Shown one piece after another: positions 47,075 to 56,569 of a DNA stretch of 64,000 bases. The stretch spans positions 43,661 through 107,660 of the forward strand of contig CAYNOO010000001.1 of NCBI GenBank assembly GCA_964398865.1. The letters are read 5' to 3'. The notes below the pieces were generated by a model that was not told where the DNA came from, searched no databases, and was given only the letters and a program-made list of their open reading frames with translations. Both the position numbers and the translations under genes were made by a program. Positions within the stretch are counted from its first letter, which is position 1, and every line of letters begins with the position of its first letter. The stretch comes from an uncultured Candidatus Saccharibacteria bacterium. Lineage in GTDB: Bacteria; Patescibacteriota; Minisyncoccia; Phycocordibacterales; Phycocordibacteraceae.

Positions 47075-50000
47075 TTAAACTGGATTTTCCCATGACCTTA
47101 CCATGCGCGCTATGTCCCCTGTCAGTTTCCCGCGCCTATCAAGCTCTTTGAAGCCGGCGATTATGCTTCGTCTCATATCAGCGTTGCTGCCGTACCTCTC
47201 GAGTATTTTCAATACTGTTGAAGGTCTTTTTATTCCCGGGAGTGCCAGCGTGATGATTCTTGGCGGCAGCGTCACTATCTGATCGTCAGTCCAATCGCTC
47301 ATATATGACTCGGCTTTTCGTATCTGCTCTTCTGAGTAAGGGACGTTTCGGTCAAAACTGTTGAAGTAATCTTCAGGAGAGAGAGTAGGTTCGGGAGCCG
47401 CTTGCGTTGGGGCCGCTTGCGTCGTCACGGTGGGGGCTTCGGCTACAGGGGCTTCATCTGTGGGGGCGACTGAATAGTCATTGCTGCTGCTGCCCGGGTC
47501 AATCGGAACACCGCCTCTATTTCGTTCTGCCGCTTCCGCCTCTGCAATATCTGCCGCCTGCCTCTCGGTGAAGGTGGTATCCGTATCCACACCACCGTCT
47601 TCAAACGGTTCCGGTGCGGAGAAATCTGAGGGCGGGACGAACCCAGGAACGTTTACTGGCTCTGGGGCGCTTGGTGTCGGTCCCCGTGGACCGCCGCCGC
47701 CTGGTGTGAAGGTCGGACCCCCTCCGCCCCCGGGACCTCTCCCTGTAGGTGGTTCAGGGGTTTCTCCGCCGAAGCTTGCGGTGATTGCCTCTTCCGAGAA
47801 GACTTCAGGTAATGGGGCTTTGTTCATCGCCTGACGCCACAAGTTAATGCGTCGGATACGCTCGGGGGTTGGCCAACCGAAAATGCTTTTCATATGTTCA
47901 TTGCCAGCGTAGTTGGCGATCATCGAATCATCTCCGCGAGTAAGGAGTTGGGCAAAGAATTCCTGCCTCTCGGCGATGTCTTGTCCCTCGAGCGATTGCA
48001 GCTGATCGGCGTCGACGCCGATCGGGGTGTTCGTCGACCACCATGTTCGGTTGTTGAATATCGCCTTGATTTCGCGCGGATTTTTTCCTCGGTAGTAACC
48101 GCGGGTAGCTTCCTCGGTTTGGACGAATCTGTGTATCGCGAAGTTCGCAGGGTCTTGGAGAAACGCTTCTCTTGTTGCGGGGTCATCTAGCGTACCGTTT
48201 CGCTGAGCCTCAAGGTATCTGTTTTTCGCCTCCGTCATCACCTGTAATCTCTTTGCATCCCGCAGCTCCTCTCTCTTTATGCCTTTCGCTTCGTATTCTC
48301 GGTACTCCGCTTCGTTGATGTTCGCAATCCTCCTATCCACTTCGCTTTGGAGGGGATTAAAACCCTCCTTCTGTGCGGCTATCACCATTTTGGCGTAGCG
48401 CTGATTACTTTCCGCGAGTCTCAAGTCACTTTGGCTTACGGAATTCGGATCAAACCTCGCTTTATTTATTAGTCTCTGCGTTTTACCGTTTTCGTTAAGT
48501 GTTTCTTCCGCCCACTTCACGGCTCTTTCTGCTCCGTGATAGTTGACTGTGCCATCCTCATATGGGAGGTGGTCTCTACTTTGCAAGCCAAACAACATAT
48601 AAGCACCTGCTTGCTGGTCGCGCACCCTATCGAGCGGTCTTCTTTTTTCAGAGCCGAAGTCACGCTGCTCTGTCGTTGGAAGAAGTTTTTTATCTTTGAT
48701 GTCTGCGAATACACTGCTCGAGAATACTTGAGGAAATACCGCTAGCTTACGCAGATCTTGGAATCTTTCTCCGGTCGACTCATCAAAGACAGCATCTGAA
48801 AGCAAGAGATCTTGCATCTCGTCACTCGTCGGGATGTTTTTCTTTTGGTCGTTGAATAGGGCGAGCGTGTTTGCACCATATACTTCTCCCCCCTCCAAGA
48901 ATTCACCACTATCCACGTTTCTTTGGATATTTCTGACATTTTGAGCCCACACACCGTAACGAGACTTGATCATCGCGTTCTTTATGTCGCGTCTGATTTT
49001 GGGATCCTTTCTAACTTCCAACCATTGGCTGTTAGGAAGGATTTTAGCAAGCTTGATTATTGATTTCGGATCTTTGTCGTATTCTCGTTCCCAGAATCCA
49101 GAGGAAATGCTTGCATAGATTGCTTCTGCATCGGTACGACTCTTTCTGTAAGAATTTTTACCATCCAGTTTTGCAGCGTCCATCCTTTCGTGGTATGCCC
49201 ATTTGTCTTCCCCTGCGCCCTCATCAGGGTTAGCATTCTCGAGGTCCGTTAGTCGCCCTCTTTCTTTAGCGGTAAGCGTGCCAGCAAGCCCTTTTGCTTT
49301 GAGGTCGTCTAGCTCGCCTTTGAATAGATGTTTCCTGCCAAGTTCCCCCCGCGACTCTTGCCTGTCCCAGAACTCACTCCATGTCTCAAGACGACCTTCT
49401 CTGTTGACCTTCCCTTCAGTGTTTAACTTCTCAAGATTCTGCAATTCAGCTTTCTCGTGCGCCAGGAGAGCCCCACTTTTCGCTTTGGTGCGTAGTTCCT
49501 CTAATCGGTCCTGACCAATCCTCAGTCGTTCGTTTCCGGCCGCGTATTCGGCGGAAAATGCGTTTTCCATGCGATCCATTTTTCCAAGAGCGCCACCTTC
49601 TCGCTTGCGTTCATCCAACTCTTCCATCTTTTTTTTCTCATCTACCGTAAGTTTTTTCCCAAGTTCCGCGAGTCGCGCAACTTCTCTCGCGGTGAGAGTC
49701 TTTGGGTCTTTTTTCCGAAGTTCATCTAGTTCGTTTTGTTCCGCAGCCGTAAGGATTCCTGCCCCCGCTTTCTTCTTAAGCGCTTTGTACAGCTTCTTTT
49801 CGTCGCGCGTCCAGGTTCCGTTTAGTTCCGCTCTTTGTTTCTCATCTTTTTCCACTTCGCCCAATTCGACTTCACGAGCTTTTCGTTTCTCCTTTACGGA
49901 ACCGTAATCATCGAAACCAAAGAACTTCTGACCTTTTGCTTGGGCCAGCCGTTCTTGCGCCCATCTGTCGCCCGCCCGCAACATTGCTCCTAAAACAGGG

Positions 50001-51379
50001 GTCTTGTTTTGGTCAAAACGATTTCGCGCTGCCCATTCTCTGTATCGAGGGGCCAACCAGTCCGCGGTGCCTCCTATAGCCTGCCGTGCTGCAATCGCCC
50101 CAGTGAATTTCAATCCTGTCGTATACGCTTTCGGCATCCAGCCTGTGAGTTGGTTGGATGCCTTGTATATGTCGGCGAACTGTTTTGCTCGCTCACTCAA
50201 GTCTTTTGCTACTTTAAGCGACTGCAACATGAATATTGCGGCGACAATGAAGGTAAGCATCAATCCGATGATACTTTCGGCGCTCGCTGTTGCGCTAAAG
50301 ATTGCGTCTTTTGAGCTTCGTATGATGGTGAAAGAAAAACCCACAAGAAGAAAATAGACAGGGGCAAAAAATGCCTGGCTGAAAAGCGCCTCCCACCACT
50401 CTTTTGCATACTTGCTTGTGGTGGGAAGCATAAAAGCGACTATGCCAACAGGCGACGTAATAAGAACCAAGATAAGCGCAACAAATCGACCAACTAAAAG
50501 AGAGATTGCAGATAAGAAGATGAAAATGGTGACTAATTCAAATATCAAAAGCAGAATGTCGAACACCAGTTTGTTCAACATTCCGTCATTGCTTACCACC
50601 TTCACCCCTTCTGAGGTCGCGCTGATTGATGTCCAGTTGTTCATCAGAGTGCCTTCGTTGTCTCGGAGTCCTTGGATGTTTACGAGTCCCATGAAGGTGC
50701 TCGCGAGGTTACATTTATTGTTATCCGCGCAATCTTTATCTGCTGAAATGACACTCTGGTAGATTTTGGTAGCGAGAAAATTGGAAGAATCTATGACTGC
50801 GCCAGCGAAGAAGTAGCTGAAATTTACTAAAATTGCACCAATAATGAGCTTCGCCAGTACGTTCTTAGCGTTTACATTCTTGAGGTGAAGAATGGTGCCG
50901 ATGGCTATAGCAACGAGCCCACCGATGATGGCGATGTTCGCAAGGTCGCGCATTATTCCCCAAGCGGTGCGAACTCCTTGCGCTGATGAGGATGTCACGT
51001 AGCGTCCCATTTGCACGACCATTTGGTCTATCACAAAGTTGAAAAATGAACCCAAGATCGCTAGGAAAAAAGTGACTATGCGGATTAGTATTTCAAAGAT
51101 AAACGCAATGACATTCAGAATGGTGTTTCCTAGTGCTCCGAGAACTGCATCTATTGCCATGCTCCCGATTTGTCCTTGGTTCTCGTTGTATGTCTGCGCT
51201 GCCTCTGCGTTCGCTGCCGCCATCTCTGGGGCCACTGTTGCAAGACCGCCTGGTGATCCTTGGTCCCCCCCAGTATTATCAAGAGCAAAAGCCGCTCCCG
51301 TAGGTACCATTACCCCCGCGAGTGCAACGAGTATAGAGAGGATAACGAAAACTTTTCTCATGCTTAATATTGCTGACAC
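47075..51379 (-). CDS. giant VirB6-like polytopic membrane protein with ~1000-aa hydrophilic extension
   Basis: 1434 aa. Signal peptide, then about 430 aa with multiple TM helices (VirB6/TrbL/ConG-like). A charged repeat-containing domain follows (LTAAEQNELDELRKKD, LTAREVARLAELGKK and LTAKERGRLTDLEN repeats). Near the C-terminus there is a Gly/Pro-rich stretch. Confidence 0.5.
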   Translation of the reverse strand: MSAILSMRKVFVILSILVALAGVMVPTGAAFALDNTGGDQGSPGGLATVAPEMAAANAEAAQTYNENQGQIGSMAIDAVLGALGNTILNVIAFIFEILIRIVTFFLAILGSFFNFVIDQMVVQMGRYVTSSSAQGVRTAWGIMRDLANIAIIGGLVAIAIGTILHLKNVNAKNVLAKLIIGAILVNFSYFFAGAVIDSSNFLATKIYQSVISADKDCADNNKCNLASTFMGLVNIQGLRDNEGTLMNNWTSISATSEGVKVVSNDGMLNKLVFDILLLIFELVTIFIFLSAISLLVGRFVALILVLITSPVGIVAFMLPTTSKYAKEWWEALFSQAFFAPVYFLLVGFSFTIIRSSKDAIFSATASAESIIGLMLTFIVAAIFMLQSLKVAKDLSERAKQFADIYKASNQLTGWMPKAYTTGLKFTGAIAARQAIGGTADWLAPRYREWAARNRFDQNKTPVLGAMLRAGDRWAQERLAQAKGQKFFGFDDYGSVKEKRKAREVELGEVEKDEKQRAELNGTWTRDEKKLYKALKKKAGAGILTAAEQNELDELRKKDPKTLTAREVARLAELGKKLTVDEKKKMEELDERKREGGALGKMDRMENAFSAEYAAGNERLRIGQDRLEELRTKAKSGALLAHEKAELQNLEKLNTEGKVNREGRLETWSEFWDRQESRGELGRKHLFKGELDDLKAKGLAGTLTAKERGRLTDLENANPDEGAGEDKWAYHERMDAAKLDGKNSYRKSRTDAEAIYASISSGFWEREYDKDPKSIIKLAKILPNSQWLEVRKDPKIRRDIKNAMIKSRYGVWAQNVRNIQRNVDSGEFLEGGEVYGANTLALFNDQKKNIPTSDEMQDLLLSDAVFDESTGERFQDLRKLAVFPQVFSSSVFADIKDKKLLPTTEQRDFGSEKRRPLDRVRDQQAGAYMLFGLQSRDHLPYEDGTVNYHGAERAVKWAEETLNENGKTQRLINKARFDPNSVSQSDLRLAESNQRYAKMVIAAQKEGFNPLQSEVDRRIANINEAEYREYEAKGIKREELRDAKRLQVMTEAKNRYLEAQRNGTLDDPATREAFLQDPANFAIHRFVQTEEATRGYYRGKNPREIKAIFNNRTWWSTNTPIGVDADQLQSLEGQDIAERQEFFAQLLTRGDDSMIANYAGNEHMKSIFGWPTPERIRRINLWRQAMNKAPLPEVFSEEAITASFGGETPEPPTGRGPGGGGGPTFTPGGGGPRGPTPSAPEPVNVPGFVPPSDFSAPEPFEDGGVDTDTTFTERQAADIAEAEAAERNRGGVPIDPGSSSNDYSVAPTDEAPVAEAPTVTTQAAPTQAAPEPTLSPEDYFNSFDRNVPYSEEQIRKAESYMSDWTDDQIVTLPPRIITLALPGIKRPSTVLKILERYGSNADMRRSIIAGFKELDRRGKLTGDIARMVRSWENPV

Positions 51380-53304
51380 TGAATGAGCGCTGTATTCGCT
51401 TCCGTTGTCATTCCATCAAGAAGTGTTTTTGACGCGTCACGATCGTTATCGAGCGCGGCAAGGTCAGATTGGGTGTGGATTGTGCCGTATGCGCCAAATT
51501 CGCTATATGCTTGAGCAAGAGAATTTATTTCGGCAGATGTAGCTGCGTTTTCGATTTGAGTCTGTAGCGATTCAAGAGATGCAGATGTTGTTTGTGAATT
51601 ATCGAATGCGATTGATTGCAAGGCTATTTGGGGTGCGATGACAGTTTGTACTGTCGAAGACGCCTGATTGAACTGTATCGTTGCCCCCGCGACATCGATA
51701 CCAACTCCCCCTCCTTGCCCAATGAGGGTTTGGTAGCAAGCTTGCACCGCGGAGTAAGCGCTTTTTGTGCTTTCCAGATTGAAGAGCATAGCGGCAAGAG
51801 TGACTTGGTATGCATATTCAATTTCAAGAGCATCGTTCACACTGTTGCGAAGGGTAGTTTGTGCTTGCGAAATGAGCGCACCCTGACTATTCCCCGCCAC
51901 GCTATCCAAGTACGAACCTTGCCCGGTCGAACTCTTTTGAGAAAGTCCACTCAAACCTTTAAGGCTCGTGAACGCTTGCTGCGCAAGTTGCGCGAAGAGC
52001 GAATCAACCAAGTCTCCAATCTCACTTGCACGTGCCTGCTGTTCATACCCAGCTCTGACTCCTGTTTGGAGCGTGTCATTTGCAACAGTTGCAGGTCCGA
52101 CGATTCTGTATCGTACGCACTGCTGAAGCGGTTTCCCTGATCCGCCCGGATCAAGACACTCTATTTTTGGTAGAATGCCCTCAGCCTGCTGGTTGAGTTG
52201 TTGTTGTTCAGTGAGTCTACTTGCTATACTCGTGCGCTCTTGCCCTGTTGCTGCTAATGAAGCTCCTACTGGCGTGCATTGTGGGTGATACACCAACGTG
52301 TTCATGAGCATCGCGAAGCCTCCTTTAGAAAAATCCTTTAAGAACTCATCCGTTCCTTGCACCGGGCATCTCAGCGAGGATTGTGTGTCGGCTTGATATT
52401 GATCATTAACTTGACGCTGCACTCCGGGTAAGAGCTTGGGGTCAAGCCCGCTGTTAGGGAGAACGTTCTTTATAAAATCCATGTGTATTGCATCACTCAA
52501 TATCGCGTTGTCGTTCGCGAGATTTTGGGAATAGATTGGAAGACCGCCGTTTCCCGTATTTGAATCGGCAATGACGGTTTTGGAGAAGTCCGCAGCAAAT
52601 GCATGACTCGTTTGTCGAACTAAAACATTTTGAACGCAGGTAACGTCAAGCTGTGTATCCTGATCAGTTTGTATCTTTTGCGTGTTTCCTTGAATTCTTT
52701 GTGAAGTGCTTCGCACCTGAGCATCATTAACCGGCACTTCGCTCCCACCGAGCGCGCCAGTCACCACCCCTAAAGGACCGCCCGTAACGCTCCCAAGAGT
52801 ACTACCCAAGTTACCTCCGAGGAGGTTTCCAAGAGACCCGCTGATGTTTCCGCCGCCGAGCAAGTTGCCGGCTATATTTCCCAAGCTGGAGCCGTTGAGG
52901 ATGCTGCCAATGTTTCCGTTGCCGCTAAGTAAGCTAGAAATAATCTGACCCGCCTGACTTCCTCCGGTGATGGTGCCAATGACCCCGCTTATATTCCCTC
53001 CTTGGATACTACTTAAAAGAGAACTGATATTGAATCCTTGAGGAAGCTGTCCGAACATGCTTGAACCGATACCTCCGAGCGATCCTCGCGCATCTGATTT
53101 ACAGCCTGCAACCTCTCCACTCTTGGTGCCGCTCGTAAGATCAGAGAGTGGGGTTACCGTATCCAAATTTAAAGTTTCTTGAGGGAGAGGTGTGATTGGT
53201 CCTAAGTCATCAAAAGGAAGAGCTGTGATGACATCATCAGCATGTGTTACTGCTGGCAACGTAGTTACGAGAATCAGGGCGAAGATTAAGAAAATGTTTT
53301 TCAT
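51364..53304 (-). CDS. secreted Gly/Ser/Asn-rich repeat protein (possible surface/adhesin component of T4SS-like cluster)
   Basis: Signal peptide. GNISG / LLGGN / LGS short repeats over residues ~90-200. No TM segment. Confidence 0.4.
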   Translation of the reverse strand: MKNIFLIFALILVTTLPAVTHADDVITALPFDDLGPITPLPQETLNLDTVTPLSDLTSGTKSGEVAGCKSDARGSLGGIGSSMFGQLPQGFNISSLLSSIQGGNISGVIGTITGGSQAGQIISSLLSGNGNIGSILNGSSLGNIAGNLLGGGNISGSLGNLLGGNLGSTLGSVTGGPLGVVTGALGGSEVPVNDAQVRSTSQRIQGNTQKIQTDQDTQLDVTCVQNVLVRQTSHAFAADFSKTVIADSNTGNGGLPIYSQNLANDNAILSDAIHMDFIKNVLPNSGLDPKLLPGVQRQVNDQYQADTQSSLRCPVQGTDEFLKDFSKGGFAMLMNTLVYHPQCTPVGASLAATGQERTSIASRLTEQQQLNQQAEGILPKIECLDPGGSGKPLQQCVRYRIVGPATVANDTLQTGVRAGYEQQARASEIGDLVDSLFAQLAQQAFTSLKGLSGLSQKSSTGQGSYLDSVAGNSQGALISQAQTTLRNSVNDALEIEYAYQVTLAAMLFNLESTKSAYSAVQACYQTLIGQGGGVGIDVAGATIQFNQASSTVQTVIAPQIALQSIAFDNSQTTSASLESLQTQIENAATSAEINSLAQAYSEFGAYGTIHTQSDLAALDNDRDASKTLLDGMTTEANTALIQCQQY

Positions 53305-54056
53305 GTTTTCTTTTGAAGTGTTGTGATGCTTGCCAAGAGAACCTCCATGCTGTTTGTAACGTAACTTTGTGCTTTGTTGAATGTGTCCACGTCAGAGAGA
53401 GCTACTATGGGGTCACCTTTCCAGCGCGCCATGTTCTCAACTGCTTTTGCTAACGCACCGACACTCTTCACTGCCTCTAAGTGTTGTGGTGCGAGTTTTG
53501 CGGGCACTTCCATTACTAAAAGCGACGCGGCAATTTTTTTGTACAAGTCAGCAGTTTTTTGAAGTTCAGGCGTTCCGTTCGCGTTGTTATTTATGACGCT
53601 CTCGGTGAAGAGTGTGACTTCATATTTTTTTACTGTGCTTGCTTGGCTTACGATGACCGTTAAGAGCTTCACGTACGTATCCAATGATGTTTCATCGTTC
53701 ACATTCAAATCATTGAGTGTGATTATCGGCACTATTGCGGGATTTGAAACATGTTTTTTTGTTAGCTCAGCAAGCATGGCGTCCCTTTCCGCTGCAGTGA
53801 ATGTGCCACTTTGAGTCAGGTCAATATAGTTATTGTAGAGATCTAGAGAAAGCGCCTCCGTGACATTGTCAGAGGGAGAACCAGGAGCAGAGCTTGAAAC
53901 TTCACGCCAATCTTTGAGTGTTACTCCGCTCGGTAGCGAGTTTCCTTTGGGCTGATTTTGGAAATAATAGAAAGAGGCAGCTCCTATTACGACAAGCGCA
54001 AATATCACTGCGAAAAAAGACCCCCCCCATTTATTTCGGGCTTCCATTCTGCTCAT
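53301..54056 (-). CDS. membrane-anchored protein (VirB8-like position), hypothetical
   Basis: N-terminal TM segment (FFAVIFALVVIGAASFYYF), then about 220 aa periplasmic domain. First gene of the minus-strand cluster. Confidence 0.35.
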   Translation of the reverse strand: MSRMEARNKWGGSFFAVIFALVVIGAASFYYFQNQPKGNSLPSGVTLKDWREVSSSAPGSPSDNVTEALSLDLYNNYIDLTQSGTFTAAERDAMLAELTKKHVSNPAIVPIITLNDLNVNDETSLDTYVKLLTVIVSQASTVKKYEVTLFTESVINNNANGTPELQKTADLYKKIAASLLVMEVPAKLAPQHLEAVKSVGALAKAVENMARWKGDPIVALSDVDTFNKAQSYVTNSMEVLLASITTLQKKT

Positions 54057-54127
54057 AAGTATAACCTTACATATAAAGGACATAGTCCTTTATATGTCTT
54101 TATGGGGATTAGCGGAGATACTATTTA

Positions 54128-54162
54128 AAATAAAAAAACACCTGTGATTTTAAACAGGTGCT
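54128..54162 (-). terminator. rho-independent terminator (minus strand)
   Basis: cacctgtttaaaatcacaggtg hairpin followed by a T-run on the minus strand. Confidence 0.65.
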
Positions 54163-54194
54163 TTCCCTAGCCGAATCAAATTTATTAGGAGTTT

Positions 54195-54383
54195 TTAGTG
54201 TCTACGTCCGAATGTTTTGTTCCAGACCCCCTTTCCTACCATCCATACTACTAAAGCGTCCAGCGCAAGACCGAGAGCCTCTCTGTTTTCTTGAAGAAGT
54301 TTCCCGGCGCTTTCAGTAACTTCACCTGTCCCCCCAACGAATGCCGGACCCAAGGAGCCCGCAGCCTCTATTAATTGCATCAT
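54195..54383 (-). CDS. small hypothetical protein
   Basis: 62-aa ORF with its own downstream terminator. Confidence 0.3.
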   Translation of the reverse strand: MMQLIEAAGSLGPAFVGGTGEVTESAGKLLQENREALGLALDALVVWMVGKGVWNKTFGRRH

Positions 54384-54509
54384 ATGATTTCTAAGTAATT
54401 TTTATTAAATAACTCATTCCCAGCGCTCTATATGGCTAGCGTGAAGATTACGTGAGAATATTCACACCCTACCTCATAAAATACAAAAGTCAAGTTTTCG
54501 CCTCTTTTC

Positions 54510-54719
54510 TTAGCGCAAAGGAGCGTCTTGTCGTAAAAAAGCCTTATAATCAGGCATTTTTTCCTTAGCGGAGAAATGCGGAGCGGATTCTTGGTTCGCT
54601 TCAGGGTTTGAGGAGGCATATCCTAAAAATGCAGCTGCAGCCAGTGCTCCAAGCCCTATTAAAGTTGCTTTACGGGGATTTTTTACTACGTGGTTCCAAC
54701 AATTTTCTATTCCACTCAT
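54510..54719 (-). CDS. small membrane protein
   Basis: 69 aa with a single TM segment (LIGLGALAAAAFLGYA). Confidence 0.3.
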   Translation of the reverse strand: MSGIENCWNHVVKNPRKATLIGLGALAAAAFLGYASSNPEANQESAPHFSAKEKMPDYKAFLRQDAPLR

Positions 54720-54796
54720 ATTTATTGAAAGGAGTATACCCTAAAAACAAAAAATAGTGACAAAATAAAGCATACTCTAATACGGCGAGCTATAGT

Positions 54797-55657
54797 GTGG
54801 GAATGTTGAAGCGTTTATTCTCTCTTGCCTTCGTCATTTTTCTCTTCTCCCCTATTGCAGCGTTTGCTATAGGCGGTCCGTTCGGCGGACCTATGCTCAG
54901 TCCCCCGACGCCATGTATTGACCCTCCTGGTTCTTATATGTTTACGCTCGGTCCCCCTTCCGCTGGGGTATATAAATACATCCCCGGGGTTTCGGTCACA
55001 TACTTATTTGGTCCTCCCAAGACTGTTGGTCAGTTGTTGTTGGGAAATTTTATGCCAGGAATATGTACAAAACCGGGAACACCGCCTGTCCCTGTTCCGG
55101 TGTTTGTTATTACAGCTGAGGGCTCAAGCGGTCCCGCTAAGCCCGTAACGCCGCCAAAGCCCGCACCCGCAAGAACGGAGTGCGTCGATGGCGCCTTCAA
55201 TCTTTCAAGTAGTGCGGGTAAGGCACAAGGAGAAGCAAATATCCGACAGATTTTTTCCGAATCTGGAATCCCAGTGAATAAAGGTGCGTGTGGACTTAAT
55301 AAAACTTTTCAGAGCACTGCGGGAGGTTGTACTGACGTAAGTGGATTGCAGTGCCAGGCAGTTTCATATTTGCAATCGCTCCAAACTCTTTGTGGTAAAA
55401 ATTCTCTGCTTATCACCGGTGGCAGCGAAGCAGGGCACGGTAGCCATATCGTCGGCAACAAAGTGGACCTTTCGTCTGGGGGAGCGAGTTTCAATAATCA
55501 ACTTTCACAATGTATTAAAAGCAATTTTACGTTTGATCCTTCACGAGGTGTTTGGGTAGATAGAAAGACAGGCTCTACGTTCCTTGCTGAAGGTGCAGGA
55601 CAAACTAGAAATACGACAGGGGTTCACTGGCACGTGTGTATAGGCAGAGGTTGCTAA
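54797..55657 (+). CDS. secreted protein with C-terminal LAS-type (M15-like) zinc peptidase motifs, candidate cell-wall hydrolase
   Basis: Signal peptide, Pro-rich linker, then SHIVGNKVD (H-x6-D) and HWH (H-x-H) motifs. Confidence 0.45.
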   Translation: MGMLKRLFSLAFVIFLFSPIAAFAIGGPFGGPMLSPPTPCIDPPGSYMFTLGPPSAGVYKYIPGVSVTYLFGPPKTVGQLLLGNFMPGICTKPGTPPVPVPVFVITAEGSSGPAKPVTPPKPAPARTECVDGAFNLSSSAGKAQGEANIRQIFSESGIPVNKGACGLNKTFQSTAGGCTDVSGLQCQAVSYLQSLQTLCGKNSLLITGGSEAGHGSHIVGNKVDLSSGGASFNNQLSQCIKSNFTFDPSRGVWVDRKTGSTFLAEGAGQTRNTTGVHWHVCIGRGC

Positions 55658-56451
55658 TGGAGTTCTTTCGCAATGGTGAGCCACGTCTCTAGACTCACGT
55701 CTTCGGCGCGAACACGCGCATCGAGCGCAAGATTTTCCCACGCGCCTTCTACTTGAGTTGCAGGGAATTTCTTTTTCAAATTTCCTAAAAGCGTTTTTCT
55801 TTTCTGACCGAATCCGATTTTTAGAATTTCAAAGAATTTTTCTTCAGATATCTTTTTAAAATTCTTTCCATTAATTTCGGTGATAGCAAGAATTGCTGAA
55901 TCAACCGATGGAGGTGGGTTAAAACTTCCTCTCGAAACTGTTTTTACGTATTTAGGAATGCCGTATGCTTTCACCGAAAGTGACAAAATGCTTTCTTTCT
56001 TACTTCGTGCAATTCTTTCTGCAACTTCTTTTTGTATTAGAAACGCGAGTGAGACGGGTTTATTTTTTGCAGTGAGGCATGAGCGAATGAGTTCTCCGGT
56101 TATGTAGTACGGAATATTTGCGGCGACTTTGTACGCGCCTTTCGGAAATAGTTTGTCGGGAGTTAGTTCTCTCGCATCTCCCTCATGAATCACTAATCGT
56201 GCGTCTCGGATCTCCTCCGCGAATCTCTCACAGAGAACAGCAACCATCGCCCGATCTTTTTCAACAGTAGTCACCGTTGCCCCAAGCGCGAGAATCTCCC
56301 TCGTGAGCATTCCTTTCCCTGGACCAATTTCTAACACCTTGTCTCCGGCTTTGATACCTGCGGCGCTCGCCACAGCGCTCGCTATCCCTATGTTCGTGAG
56401 CAAGTGCTGACCAAGCTTTGCCCCCCGAGGTTTTTTTCTGTTGTTCTTCAT
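55654..56451 (-). CDS. rsmA: 16S rRNA (adenine1518/1519-N6)-dimethyltransferase
   Basis: LGQHLLTN start and VLEIGPGKGMLT SAM-binding motif. Confidence 0.88.
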   Translation of the reverse strand: MKNNRKKPRGAKLGQHLLTNIGIASAVASAAGIKAGDKVLEIGPGKGMLTREILALGATVTTVEKDRAMVAVLCERFAEEIRDARLVIHEGDARELTPDKLFPKGAYKVAANIPYYITGELIRSCLTAKNKPVSLAFLIQKEVAERIARSKKESILSLSVKAYGIPKYVKTVSRGSFNPPPSVDSAILAITEINGKNFKKISEEKFFEILKIGFGQKRKTLLGNLKKKFPATQVEGAWENLALDARVRAEDVSLETWLTIAKELH

Positions 56452-56511
56452 ATTTTTATATTACTTCCACGTCTCACAATGCTCTGAAATATTCCGACTA
56501 TAACTTTTAGA

Positions 56512-56551
56512 GCTCCAGAGACTATACGATTAATCGTATAGTCTCTGGAGC
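56512..56551. repeat. perfect 40-bp palindrome between uvrD and rsmA
   Basis: gctccagagactatacgattaatcgtatagtctctggagc is its own reverse complement. Confidence 0.7.
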
Positions 56552-56569
56552 AATTACCGTGGTGATGAT

